Positions 39,617 through 49,333 of a stretch of DNA of 64,000 bases are shown here, piece by piece (position 1 is the first letter of the stretch; each line of letters starts with the position of its first letter). The notes beneath the pieces were generated by a model. It had not been told where the DNA came from, searched no databases, and saw only the letters and a program-made list of their open reading frames with translations. The translations under genes and the position numbers were made by a program. The DNA is taken from contig CBDBOV010000006.1 in assembly GCA_965208575.1 (NCBI GenBank), positions 1,504,001 through 1,568,000 of the forward strand, in the 5' to 3' direction. The DNA comes from Spirochaetia bacterium. Its GTDB lineage: Bacteria > Spirochaetota > Spirochaetia > SZUA-6 > Bin103.

Positions 39617-41130
39617 TGGCCCAGGCAGCGGCCGTGGCCGAGGCCGCGCACGCAGCGGCCGCCGCGCCGGCAACGGCACCGCGGATGGAGCAGTTCCGGC
39701 GCCTGTTCGAGGCGCGTGCCGCGGGCAGAGTCGCCTCGCTGGACGAGGAGTTGCGCGCCGCCGCGCTCGCCGAGCTGCTGGCGTCCGGCTTCCCGTTGCG
39801 CCGCGACGAGGAATGGGTGCACACCCCGCTGCGCGCCGTGGCCGAGGCGCACTACCGGCTCGGCAGTGCCGTACCAGTGCTGGCCGCGGCCGGCCGGAGC
39901 GCCGAACTGGTTCGCGAACTGGTAGCCGGCGAACCCGTGGCGTTGCTGACCTGCAACGGCGCGCTGGCCTCCCCGGCCATGTTCGCCTCCCTTGCCGACG
40001 GCGCCGCCGAATCGGACATCGCCGGCGTCCGGGGGGCGCGCGGGGATCTGTGGCCGCGGTGCCGCGAAGCATTCACGCGCCCGCTGACCACCGCCTTCAC
40101 CCGCGTGGCGCGCACGTTCGGCGACCACGGCGTGCTGCACTGCGACGCGGCGGCGGGTGTGGCGCCGCTGCACCTTGTCCATCTCGTCGAAGCGGGCGCG
40201 CTGGCGGCGCCGCGGGTGACGATTCGCATAGCGGACGGCGCCCGGGTGACGCTGGTGGAGAGCGTCGTTGCGGTCGCCTTGCCGGCGAGCGGCCGTCGCG
40301 TCACCGGTGGCGGCGTCACGCCGGGCCATGCCGTCATGAGCGCCGCGCGGCCGCTCGGCACGACGAACGGTGCCGGCGGCCACGGCGCCGCGCCGAATGA
40401 CGTTGCCGGCAGCGCCGCCCCGCCGGCCGGTGCCGCGGCGCTGAGTTGCGCCGACACCGAGATCCGGCTCGGAGCGGGTGCGTCGCTTACCTACGTGCGG
40501 GTGCAGGCGGCCGGCGCGGAGTCGTTCGACTTCGGCACCACCACCGTGGTGCAGGAGCGGGACAGCGAGTTGCACGTCCTGAGCGTGGCGCTCGGCGGGC
40601 GCATCGCCCGCCACACCTGCAACGTGCTGGCCGCGGCGCCGGGTACGACCAGCCGGCTCGGCGGTGCCACGGCGGCGGCCGGTGGCCAGGTACTCGACCA
40701 TCACACCTACGTCGAGCACGCCGCACCCGGGTGCGCGAGCCGCCAGTTGTACAAGACGGTGCTCGGCCGCGGCGGCCACGGCGTGTTTTCGGGACGCATC
40801 CTGGTGCGCCCGGTGGCGCAGCAGACCGATGCGTTTCAGCTCAACCAGAACCTGCTGCTCGACGACGCCCGCGTGGACACCAAGCCGCAGCTCGAGATCG
40901 GCGCCGACGACGTGCGCTGCACGCACGGCGCCACCACCGGGCGGCTCAACGAGGACCAGTTGTTCTACCTGCAGGCGCGCGCCATCGGGCGCAGCCGGGC
41001 GGTGCGCATGCTGGCGCGCGGCTTTCTGGACGAGGTGGTCGGCGAGTTGCCGGATGCCGCGCTGCGCCCGCGCCTGCTGAAGCTGCTGCACCGGCGCCTG
41101 GACCGTCTTGAAAGGAGCGTCGAACGATGA
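39616..41130 (+). CDS. sufD: Fe-S cluster assembly protein SufD
   Basis: GFPLRRDEEW, SRQLYK, DTKPQLEI.ADDVRCTHGAT, LFYLQAR. Position in the operon. Confidence 0.9.
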
Positions 41131-42377
41131 GCAACGTCGCCACTCGCGCCTTGCCCGCGGACCTGGACGTGGCCGCGGTCCGGGAGCAGTTTCCGATTCT
41201 CGCCAAGCAGGTGCACGGCCAGCGGCTGGTGTACCTGGACAACGCGGCCACCACCCTGAAGCCGCACGCGGTGATCGACCGCCTGCAGCGCCACTACGCC
41301 GAAGAGACCGCCAACATCCACCGCGGCGTGCACTACCTGAGCGAGCAGGCAACCGCTGCCTACGAGCAGGTCCGCGAGCGGGTGCAGCGGTTCCTCGGTG
41401 CCGCCGCCCCGGAAGAAGTGATCTTCACCAGCGGCACCACCGACTCGATCAACCTGGTCGCCCAGGGCTGGGCAACCGCCCACCTCGGCAGCGGCGACGA
41501 GGTGGTGATCACCCACATGGAGCACCACTCCAACATCGTCCCCTGGCAGATGCTCACCGAGCGCACCGGCGCGGTACTGCGCGTGGCCCCGATCAATGAC
41601 CGCGGCGAACTGGAGTGGGACCGCTTCCTGGACCTGCTCGGGCCGCGCACCCGGCTGGTGGCGGCCACCCACGTGTGCAATTCCCTTGGTACGGTCGTGC
41701 CGGCCGCGGAGCTGATCCGCGCCGCGCATGCCGTGGGAGCGAGGGTGCTGCTGGACGGCGCTCAGGCAGCCGCCCACCTGCCGCTGGACGTGGTGGAGCT
41801 GGACGTCGACTTTTACTGCTGCTCGGGGCACAAGCTGTTCGGCCCCACCGGCACCGGCGTCCTGTACGGCAAGCGCGAGCTGCTGGAGGCGATGCCGCCG
41901 GTGCGCGGCGGCGGCGACATGATCAAGTCGGTGACCTTCGCGCGGACCACGTACGCCGACCTGCCCAACAAGCTGGAGGCGGGCACCCCGCACATCGCCG
42001 GCGTGATCGGCCTGGGCGCGGCGCTGGAGTGGATCGAAGGGGTCGGCCTGGAGGCGATCGGGCGCCACGAGGAACGGCTGCTGGCGAGCGCCACCGCCGC
42101 ACTGGCCGCCATCGACGGCGTGCGCCTGATCGGCACCGCCGCCCGCAAGTCGGCGATCCTGTCGTTCACGGTGGGCGACATTCACCCGCACGACGTGGGC
42201 ACCATCGCCGACCAGGAGGGGGTGGCGCTGCGCACCGGCCACCACTGCACGCAACCGGTCATGGAGCGGTTCCGGGTGCCGGCCACCGCGCGCGCGTCGT
42301 TCTCGGTGTACAACGACGACGATGACGTCGCCGCCCTGGTGCGGGCCATCGGCCAGGCGCAGGAGCTGTTCGGGTGA
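41127..42377 (+). CDS. sufS: Cysteine desulfurase SufS
   Basis: YLDNAATT, ANIHRG, EHHSN, DGAQ, SGHK, RTGHHC. Confidence 0.96.
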   Translation: MSNVATRALPADLDVAAVREQFPILAKQVHGQRLVYLDNAATTLKPHAVIDRLQRHYAEETANIHRGVHYLSEQATAAYEQVRERVQRFLGAAAPEEVIFTSGTTDSINLVAQGWATAHLGSGDEVVITHMEHHSNIVPWQMLTERTGAVLRVAPINDRGELEWDRFLDLLGPRTRLVAATHVCNSLGTVVPAAELIRAAHAVGARVLLDGAQAAAHLPLDVVELDVDFYCCSGHKLFGPTGTGVLYGKRELLEAMPPVRGGGDMIKSVTFARTTYADLPNKLEAGTPHIAGVIGLGAALEWIEGVGLEAIGRHEERLLASATAALAAIDGVRLIGTAARKSAILSFTVGDIHPHDVGTIADQEGVALRTGHHCTQPVMERFRVPATARASFSVYNDDDDVAALVRAIGQAQELFG

Positions 42378-42859
42378 GCGCCACGGGCTCGGCGGCGCGC
42401 GAACTGTACCAGCAGGTGATCCTCGATCACAACCGTACGCCGCGCAACTGGGGCGCGTTGGATCCGCACACCCACCACGCCGAGGGCCACAACCCGCTGT
42501 GCGGCGACCGCTACGAGGTAGCGCTCGTGCTCGCCCCCGACGGCAGCGTTGCCGATATTCGCTTTCAGGGCTCCGGCTGCGCCATCTCCAAGGCCTCCGC
42601 GAGCATGATGACCGAGGCGGTCAAGGGCATGCCGCGCGCAGCGGTGGAGCGGCTGGTGGAGCAGTTCCGCAGTCTGGCGGCGGGCGAGCTCGACCCGGCT
42701 CGCGACCGGCACGACCTCGGCAAGCTGCGCGTGTTCAGCGGCATCTGGGAGTTCCCGGCGCGGGTGAAATGCGCCACGCTGCCGTGGCACACCCTGCACA
42801 GCGCCCTCGACGGCTGCGGCCACGCCACCACCGAGGCGCAGGCCGACGAAAAGGAGTAA
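42374..42859 (+). CDS. sufU: SufU sulfur-transfer protein
   Basis: LYQQVILDH, NPLCGD, GCAISKAS, RVKCATL. Confidence 0.93.
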   Translation: MSATGSAARELYQQVILDHNRTPRNWGALDPHTHHAEGHNPLCGDRYEVALVLAPDGSVADIRFQGSGCAISKASASMMTEAVKGMPRAAVERLVEQFRSLAAGELDPARDRHDLGKLRVFSGIWEFPARVKCATLPWHTLHSALDGCGHATTEAQADEKE

Positions 42860-42864
42860 CAGGC

Positions 42865-43440
42865 ATGGCGGTAGCGATTCTGACCCAGTTCACGCCCAAC
42901 CCCAACGCGATGAAGTTCATCCTGAACCGTGACGTGAAGTCGACCGGCAAGGTGACATTCCGCAACGCCGACGAGGCGAACGGCATTGCGCTGGTGGAGG
43001 CGCTGTTCGCCCTGGTGGTGGTGGAGCAGGTGCACCTGTTCGAGAACGTGGTCACGGTGACCAAGATCGACCAGGCGCCGTGGGAGGACGTGGCCGACTG
43101 GGTGAAACAGGTGCTCACCAACCACGCCGACGAGCACGACCCCGGCTTCGAGCTGGCCGACACCGGCAGCGGCGGGCCGGTGAGCCACGTGCGCGACGAC
43201 CAGCCGCCGGAGGTGCAGCGCATCGAGGAGGTGCTCGACCGCACCGTGCGCCCCTACCTGCAGGGCGACGGCGGCGACCTGGACGTGCTCGCCTACGAGA
43301 ACAACCGCGTGCTGGTGAGTTACGCCGGCGCCTGCGGCACCTGCCCATCCGCGGTGGCCGGCACCCTGCAGGCGATCCAGAGCGTGCTGCGCGACGAGGT
43401 CAACCCCGAAATCGAGGTAATCTCCGCCGAATCCGGCTGA
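42865..43440 (+). CDS. NifU/Nfu family Fe-S carrier (Nfu_N plus NifU C-terminal domain)
   Basis: TPNPNAMKF, VRPYLQGDGGD, GACGTC. Confidence 0.92.
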   Translation: MAVAILTQFTPNPNAMKFILNRDVKSTGKVTFRNADEANGIALVEALFALVVVEQVHLFENVVTVTKIDQAPWEDVADWVKQVLTNHADEHDPGFELADTGSGGPVSHVRDDQPPEVQRIEEVLDRTVRPYLQGDGGDLDVLAYENNRVLVSYAGACGTCPSAVAGTLQAIQSVLRDEVNPEIEVISAESG

Positions 43441-43464
43441 TGCCGGGCATCCGCTCGCCTTCCG

Positions 43465-43863
43465 CTACCGCGGCGCTTCTCCTTGTTCCGTGGCCGTCGG
43501 CCGGCTGCGGTCGCGGTAGTGGGGTTCCAGGTCGCTCAGCTCCAGGCCGAGCAGATCCATGGTCCGGAACAGGTGCGGCAGGTCGCGGTCGACGAAGCTG
43601 CGCCGCTTCAGTTCGCGCGCCTGCCGGTAGGCGCGGTCGGCCACGAAGTAGCCGGTGCCGCGCCGGTTGTAGATGATGCCCCGGTCCTGCAGGTAGGCGT
43701 AGGTGCGGGCGACGGTGTTCGGGTTCACCTGCACGTCGACCGCCAGCTCCCGGATCGACGGGATGCGGTCCCCGCCCCGCCACCGGCGGCGCAGGATGTT
43801 GTCGCACAGGTAGTCGCCGATCTGCAGGTAGATCGCCTGCGGCGGGGTGAACTCCACGGTCAC
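43465..43863 (-). CDS. GntR (YtrA subfamily) transcriptional regulator
   Basis: AIYLQI, IPSIRELA, VNPNTVARTY, RGTGYFV. Confidence 0.92.
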   Translation of the reverse strand: MTVEFTPPQAIYLQIGDYLCDNILRRRWRGGDRIPSIRELAVDVQVNPNTVARTYAYLQDRGIIYNRRGTGYFVADRAYRQARELKRRSFVDRDLPHLFRTMDLLGLELSDLEPHYRDRSRPTATEQGEAPR

Positions 43864-44615
43864 ACTTCCGCTGCGCGCAGGCGCAGGTAGGTCAGGAACC
43901 AGAACAACGGCCCCATCACGGCCCAGAAGAAGATCTTCGCACCGAGTTCGACAGCCTCCGCGAGGCGCGGCGAAAAATCCACCAGGTGCACGTCGCGGTC
44001 GAGGCCGGCAAAGACAGCGGGAAACAGGAGCCAGGCCAGTCCGGCGGCGAGCAGCGTCAGCGCCAGCAAGAGCGCGGAAGTGGTCAGGACCACTTTGAAC
44101 GCGTGCCAGCGGCGGAAGTAGACCGCTCCGAACAGGTACAGGGAACTGGCCACCAGGTAGGCAAGTACCGCGCGCCAGGAATCGGCGTCGGGGACGAAGA
44201 TACCGTGTGAACGGCGCCAGATCAGCTCGCTTACCCCGGCGCCGAGCAGGGACACCAGGAAGTAGCCGGCCACGGCCGCGGCGGCGACGCCGACCGTGGA
44301 AAGCAGCAGCCGTACCAGCCAGCGTTCCAGCGTCGACACCGGCAGGGTCAGGTAGGCGTGCGCGCGCGGCTTGTCGTGCAGATCGGTGAACAGGGAACTG
44401 GTGAACAGCACGCCGCCGACCACCAGGACCAGCGGAAACAGCACCGCGTGCAGGGCCGCGTCGTGCGCGTTGCGCGCCGCTATCACGCCGATTGCCAGAA
44501 TCAGCGCCGCTGCCGAGCCCGCCCCGACCAGGACAGCCCGGTGGTGCTGCACGAGATCGGCGCGCAGCGCGTACCACGCGCGCGTCACCGAGAATGCGTC
44601 GTTGCTGTGCATCAT
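43860..44615 (-). CDS. ABC exporter permease
   Basis: About 6 TM helices, YLTLPVSTLERW. Lies between the ABC ATPase and GntR genes. Confidence 0.8.
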   Translation of the reverse strand: MMHSNDAFSVTRAWYALRADLVQHHRAVLVGAGSAAALILAIGVIAARNAHDAALHAVLFPLVLVVGGVLFTSSLFTDLHDKPRAHAYLTLPVSTLERWLVRLLLSTVGVAAAAVAGYFLVSLLGAGVSELIWRRSHGIFVPDADSWRAVLAYLVASSLYLFGAVYFRRWHAFKVVLTTSALLLALTLLAAGLAWLLFPAVFAGLDRDVHLVDFSPRLAEAVELGAKIFFWAVMGPLFWFLTYLRLRAAEV

Positions 44616-44621
44616 ACCCTC

Positions 44622-45506
44622 CTATTCCCTGTTCCCGGCGGCGGGGGCGAACGCCGCTGCCACGCGCCGGTGATCGGCAACTACCGAGTTGAACAGCAAT
44701 TCCAGGTCAACGGCCGCCTCCGCGAGCGGTGCGCCACGCGCAGCGGCCACCAGGGCGCGGCCCGCGGGCGCGGCGCCGATGCCCGAGCCCGGCTCGGCGT
44801 AGATGGTCTCGCCGTCGTCCGGCGGCCCCACGGCGACGGCATCGCGCACCGCCAGGGCGCCGGAGATCTCCTCCACCGAGTGCTGAAACACGATCCGCCC
44901 CTGCTCCAGGATCACGATCGGGTCGATCAGGTGCTCCAGGTCGCGCACCTGGTGGGTCGACACGACGATCACGCGGTCATCGGCGGCTGCGCCCGCGAGC
45001 AGGCGGCGGAACTGACCCTTGGCGGGAATGTCGAGACCGTTGGTGGGCTCGTCCAGTATCAGCAGCCGGCAGCGCGTGGCCACGGCGAAGGCGAGCAGCA
45101 CCTTCTTCTTCTGGCCGTAGGAGATCGCGGTCATGCTGCGCTCCGGGTCCACCTCCAGGTCGGCCAGGTGGCGTGCCATGGCGGCGTGGTCGAAGCGGGG
45201 GTAGAACACGCCGTACAGCCGGGCGAGCGCGAGCGGCGACAGCGCCGGCGTGTGGAACTCCTCCGGCACGAAGTACAGCTCGCGCAGGAACGACGGCGTG
45301 CGGCGCCGCACCTCCTCGCCCGCCACGCGGGCGCTGCCCTCGTTCGGGAACAGCAGCCCCGCCATCAGCCGCAGCAGCGTGGTCTTGCCGGCGCCGTTGC
45401 GGCCGAGCAGCCCGTACACGTTACCGGGCGTGAGCGCAAGGTCGAGCCGGTCGAACAACCGCTCCCCCCTGCGGTATCCGAACGTGATTCGTTGCAGGTC
45501 TACCAT
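44622..45506 (-). CDS. ABC transporter ATP-binding protein
   Basis: GRNGAGKT, SYGQKKK, LDEPTNGLD, STHQ. RBS GAGGAGG. Confidence 0.92.
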   Translation of the reverse strand: MVDLQRITFGYRRGERLFDRLDLALTPGNVYGLLGRNGAGKTTLLRLMAGLLFPNEGSARVAGEEVRRRTPSFLRELYFVPEEFHTPALSPLALARLYGVFYPRFDHAAMARHLADLEVDPERSMTAISYGQKKKVLLAFAVATRCRLLILDEPTNGLDIPAKGQFRRLLAGAAADDRVIVVSTHQVRDLEHLIDPIVILEQGRIVFQHSVEEISGALAVRDAVAVGPPDDGETIYAEPGSGIGAAPAGRALVAAARGAPLAEAAVDLELLFNSVVADHRRVAAAFAPAAGNRE

Positions 45507-45543
45507 CTTCCCTCCTCGTCGCTGGCGGCGACCTCTTCCATAG

Positions 45544-45563
45544 TGTACTACTGCAATAGTACA
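45544..45563. promoter_or_regulatory. YtrA-type GntR operator
   Basis: Perfect palindrome TGTACTA-N6-TAGTACA upstream of the ABC-permease-GntR operon. Confidence 0.8.
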
Positions 45564-45731
45564 GTGGCAAGACATAGAGGGAGTATGGCAGCCAATACCG
45601 GTACACGGTGCCCTTCCGGCGCCGTGCAGGGCTGGCCGGCGCCGCCGGAATCGGCGATAATGGCTGCGAGGGCCCGGCTGCGCCACACCTGCACGGCGCC
45701 CTCGCAGGCGAGGGGCAAGGAGCAGGCAGGC

Positions 45732-46922
45732 ATGGCAGTTGCGAAACCCGTCCGGTCGACGACCGATCCTGCGCCTCGTCCCGCGTCGACGGCCATGGAC
45801 GGCGCTGGTGCCCTCGCGCCGTTCGGGGCCGCCGGGATCGCCGCCCGGCTCATCAGCTATTCCGCGCTCGACCGCTACTTCCGGCAGCCCGCCGCGGGCG
45901 GCGAGCCGGTACGGTACGTGGCCGCCGACGCCACGGTGGTGGAGATCGCGCCGCTGTTCGACGAGCTGCAGTTCGGCAGCGAACCGATGTCGGACGCGAT
46001 CGCCGTGCATGGCGGGGTGCGGCTTTGCATCCGCTGCAGCGACGGTGCCGACACCAGGGGCTTTCCGTTCTCGGTACAGCAGCTTGGCTTCGATGTGCAG
46101 CGCGGCGTGTTCCTGGACCCGTCCGGGGTCTACTACGACCTGCGCAAGCCGGCGCTGGTCGGCCGCGCTACCCACCTGGAGTGGTGGCAGGTTGTCGCGG
46201 AGGCCGCGCAGCTCGTCTCCCGCTACCACTACACCTTCGAGCCGGATGCGGATTGGTTCGATGCGCCGGTGCCGCCGGCGCCGGCCCCGTACCAGCGCCA
46301 CCTGCTGGAGCGCATTCTCACCAGCCGCGCGCCGGCCAACGGGCTGCGCCTGCTGCACGACGCCGGCATCGTGGCAAGCTGGTGGCCGGAACTGGCGGCG
46401 ATGGCGCGGGTGGACCACGCCAAGGAGCACCACCCGGAGGGCGGCGTGTGGGAGCACACCCTGGCCACCTTCGCGCACCGCAAGTCACCCGACCTGGTGC
46501 TGTCGCTCGGGCTGCTGCTGCACGACGTGGGCAAGCCGCGGGCCACGCCGCGGGACGGCAAGCGGTTCTTCGCCCATGCCGACATCGGCGCCCGCGTGGC
46601 GCGGCGCTTCCTCGGCCGTCTTGGCTTCGCGCCGAAACTGATCGACGCGGTGGCGTTCCTGTCGCGCAACCACATGATGCCGGCCGCCCTCGGCCGCGTG
46701 CGCCCCGAGCACGCCGAGGAACTGATGAGCTCGCACCTGTTCCCGCACCTGCTGGAGCTGTACCGCGCCGACATGATGTCCAGCTTCGCCAGCCCGGAGC
46801 CCTACTACCACGCCTGCCGCCTCTACCAGCGCCACCTGCGTGGCCGCCCCCTGCCGCAGCGCACCGCCACCCCCGGCCGCCGCCGCGGCCCCCGCCCCCG
46901 CGCCCGCCGCTTCAAGGGCTGA
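45732..46922 (+). CDS. HD-domain protein related to CCA-adding/poly(A) polymerases, with a degenerate N-terminal NTase region
   Basis: FSVQQLGFD...FLDPSG, WPELAAM, HHPEGGVWEHT, LLHDVGK, HADIGA, NHM. No GG..RD or DxD motif. Confidence 0.75.
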   Translation: MAVAKPVRSTTDPAPRPASTAMDGAGALAPFGAAGIAARLISYSALDRYFRQPAAGGEPVRYVAADATVVEIAPLFDELQFGSEPMSDAIAVHGGVRLCIRCSDGADTRGFPFSVQQLGFDVQRGVFLDPSGVYYDLRKPALVGRATHLEWWQVVAEAAQLVSRYHYTFEPDADWFDAPVPPAPAPYQRHLLERILTSRAPANGLRLLHDAGIVASWWPELAAMARVDHAKEHHPEGGVWEHTLATFAHRKSPDLVLSLGLLLHDVGKPRATPRDGKRFFAHADIGARVARRFLGRLGFAPKLIDAVAFLSRNHMMPAALGRVRPEHAEELMSSHLFPHLLELYRADMMSSFASPEPYYHACRLYQRHLRGRPLPQRTATPGRRRGPRPRARRFKG

Positions 46923-47006
46923 ACTGCAATCGGCACGTCGTTCGCACTCTGCCGCCAGGCGGGCGAACGATTATCCATTTTCGAGAATTCCTGTATTGTG
47001 GAAATC

Positions 47007-47258
47007 ATGAGAGCCGTCATCAACGTCACGGAGCGCGGAGTTCTGACACTGCCGGTGCGATTCAGGAGAGAGCTTGGACTCACCGGAGACAACCTGGTGA
47101 TTGCCGAATCGACGCGAGAGGGGGTGCTGCTGCGCCCGGCGGTTGCGCTGCCAATCGAGATCTACACCGACGAGCGGGTCCAGGAGTTCAACGAATCAGA
47201 GGCGGAGTTGGCGGCTGAATTCGGCGCCAGGAGTGACCGGAGCGGCCGGCCCGATTAG
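47007..47258 (+). CDS. AbrB/MazE/SpoVT family antitoxin
   Basis: VTERGVLTLPVRFRRELGL...GVLLRP. Confidence 0.85.
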   Translation: MRAVINVTERGVLTLPVRFRRELGLTGDNLVIAESTREGVLLRPAVALPIEIYTDERVQEFNESEAELAAEFGARSDRSGRPD

Positions 47259-47259
47259 G

Positions 47260-47667
47260 GTGCGGATATTCCTGGACGCGAACATCCTGTTCTCCGCAGC
47301 GCAGACCGACGGCGCCGTGCGGAAACTCGTCAATCGTCTTCGCGAGTCGGACCACCGGTTGGTGGTGGACGCATTCGTGTGGGAGGAAGCCAGGCGGAAC
47401 TTGCTTGCACGATTCCCGACAGCGCTGCCCGCGCTCGATGCCCTCACTCCAGCGATCCAACTCGTCCCGCTCCAGGGCAAGGATCAGCGTGCCGGGGATT
47501 TGCCGGTCGATGACAAGGACAAGCCGGTGCTGGCGGCGGCAATCGCCCTCGGCTGCGATGCCCTTGTCACCGGCGACCGCACCCATTTCCGTCACCTGTT
47601 CGGCAAGGCCGTGCAGGGGGTCAAAGTCCTGAGTCCGACGCTCGCCGCTCGATCGCTGCTGCGCTGA
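47260..47667 (+). CDS. PIN-domain toxin (VapC-like)
   Basis: IFLDANIL, EEARRN, DKDKPVL, LVTGDRTHF. Confidence 0.88.
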   Translation: MRIFLDANILFSAAQTDGAVRKLVNRLRESDHRLVVDAFVWEEARRNLLARFPTALPALDALTPAIQLVPLQGKDQRAGDLPVDDKDKPVLAAAIALGCDALVTGDRTHFRHLFGKAVQGVKVLSPTLAARSLLR

Positions 47668-47846
47668 CCGGCTGCGGTCGGCAGTCGGTCGTTACCGACC
47701 CGTGCGGGTTCGCGACGCCGCTCAGCCGCCACCAACCGAGTCATGGGGCCGAGCGCAACGTCGACGAGATACTATCAATTTCTCTATTGTTGATGTTTCT
47801 TGATACAGCCTTGCCATCAATCATCAATTTTCGGAATAATGATACT

Positions 47847-49205
47847 GTGAAGCTGCCGCGTAAGCCGCCCCCGCTGGCCGAGTTGCTTGCCGAGCATCAC
47901 CAGCGGCTCGCACGGATTGTCGGCGCAGGTATCGCATCCACCGACGATGGCCGTTACCTGCATTGGGACAAGCTGCGCTTTCTTGCCGTCCCGGCGGGTC
48001 TGTTGAACCACGAGGAGTGGTGGCTCGCGGTCAAGGTGGCGCGTAACGGCCTGTATCACAACCTGCCGCTACGGGACGGCGGTGGGCGTCCGTTCGTGTA
48101 CCTGCTGCCCGACCGGGCACAGGAGGCGCTGCATCGCATCGACGGCCATGGCCGTGCAGGGCCCGGCGCCGCCGCAGGGCAACCGGCAGGCGCAGATGCG
48201 CGCAGTCACCTCGTCGACTCGCTGATAGAAGAGGCGATCGCGTCCAGCCAATTGGAAGGCGCATCGACCACGCGCGCGGTGGCGGCGCGCATGATCCGCT
48301 CCGGGCGCCGGCCGCGCGACCGCGGCGAGCAGATGATCCTCAACAACTACCGGGCGATGGCGTCGGTCCGCCGCCTCGCGGATACCCCGTTGACCGAACA
48401 GGCGGTGCTGGATCTCCACGCCGTGCTTACCGCCGACACGCTCGCCGATCTGGAGGATGCCGGCCGCTTGCAGCGCCCCGGTGATCAGCGCGTCCAGGTG
48501 TGGGACAGCCGCGACCAGACGGTGCTCCACTCGCCTCCTCCCGCTGACGAATTGCCCGACCGGTTGCGGGAGATGGTTCGGTTCGCCAACCATGGCACCG
48601 GTGACGGGTCGTTTCTGCATCCCGTCGTGCGCGCCATCGTCCTGCACTTCCAGCTCGCCTACGATCACCCGTTCGCGGACGGCAACGGACGCACCGCCCG
48701 CGCGCTGTTCTACTGGGCGATGCTGCGCCACGGCTACCGCATGTTCGAGCTGGCCTCCATCAGCCGCGTCATTGCCGCTGCACCAGCGCAATACGCGCGC
48801 GCCTATCTGCACACCGAGACCGACGACAATGATCTGACCTACTTCATCGTCCACCAGCTCGACACCATGCTGCGCGCCATGGCCGATGTCGAGTCGTACG
48901 TGGTCAGGCGGATAGAACAGTTCCGGCAGGTCGAGGCGACGCTGAAGCGTTCCACCGACCTCAACCATCGTCAGCTCGCCGTGCTGGCGCACGCCATCCG
49001 CCACTCCGACGCCGAGTACACGATCCGGTCGCACCGAACCAGCCACTCCGTCGCCTACGCCACCGCCCGCGCCGACCTGTTCAGACTCGCCGACCTCGGC
49101 CTCCTGGAACGACGCCGCGCAGGTCGCCGCAGCTACCAGTTCTGGCCGCCCCCCGACCTGGCCGACCGAATACGTTCCGCTCCGTCGGCAGTAGCGGCGT
49201 CATGA
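47847..49205 (+). CDS. Fic family protein with C-terminal HTH
   Basis: HPFADGNGRTAR catalytic motif, SSQLEG inhibitory-type motif, YATARADL wHTH. Confidence 0.92.
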   Translation: MKLPRKPPPLAELLAEHHQRLARIVGAGIASTDDGRYLHWDKLRFLAVPAGLLNHEEWWLAVKVARNGLYHNLPLRDGGGRPFVYLLPDRAQEALHRIDGHGRAGPGAAAGQPAGADARSHLVDSLIEEAIASSQLEGASTTRAVAARMIRSGRRPRDRGEQMILNNYRAMASVRRLADTPLTEQAVLDLHAVLTADTLADLEDAGRLQRPGDQRVQVWDSRDQTVLHSPPPADELPDRLREMVRFANHGTGDGSFLHPVVRAIVLHFQLAYDHPFADGNGRTARALFYWAMLRHGYRMFELASISRVIAAAPAQYARAYLHTETDDNDLTYFIVHQLDTMLRAMADVESYVVRRIEQFRQVEATLKRSTDLNHRQLAVLAHAIRHSDAEYTIRSHRTSHSVAYATARADLFRLADLGLLERRRAGRRSYQFWPPPDLADRIRSAPSAVAAS

Positions 49206-49246
49206 TCCGGTCAGTCCGCATCGGCGGCCTCAAGCGCGGTTGGTAG
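49202..49246 (+). pseudogene. 14-codon relic of an ATPase gene start
   Basis: ATGA-coupled to the fic stop. MIRSVRIGGLKRGW* versus MIRSVCIRGFKRF at 57391. Confidence 0.65.
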
Positions 49247-49333
49247 CCGTGAGCCCGCGAACGCCGAGACCTCTGACATCCTCGAGTGTCGCCGGTGAAG
49301 CCCCGACGGTAGTAGATTCGGTCGCTGCTACCT

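Noticed and set aside
44358-46478. Long extensions of the 854-aa (+) and 618-aa (-) ORFs
   Set aside because: Stop-poor high-GC read-through across divergent genes. The starts at 45732 and 45506 fit the motifs and the operator.
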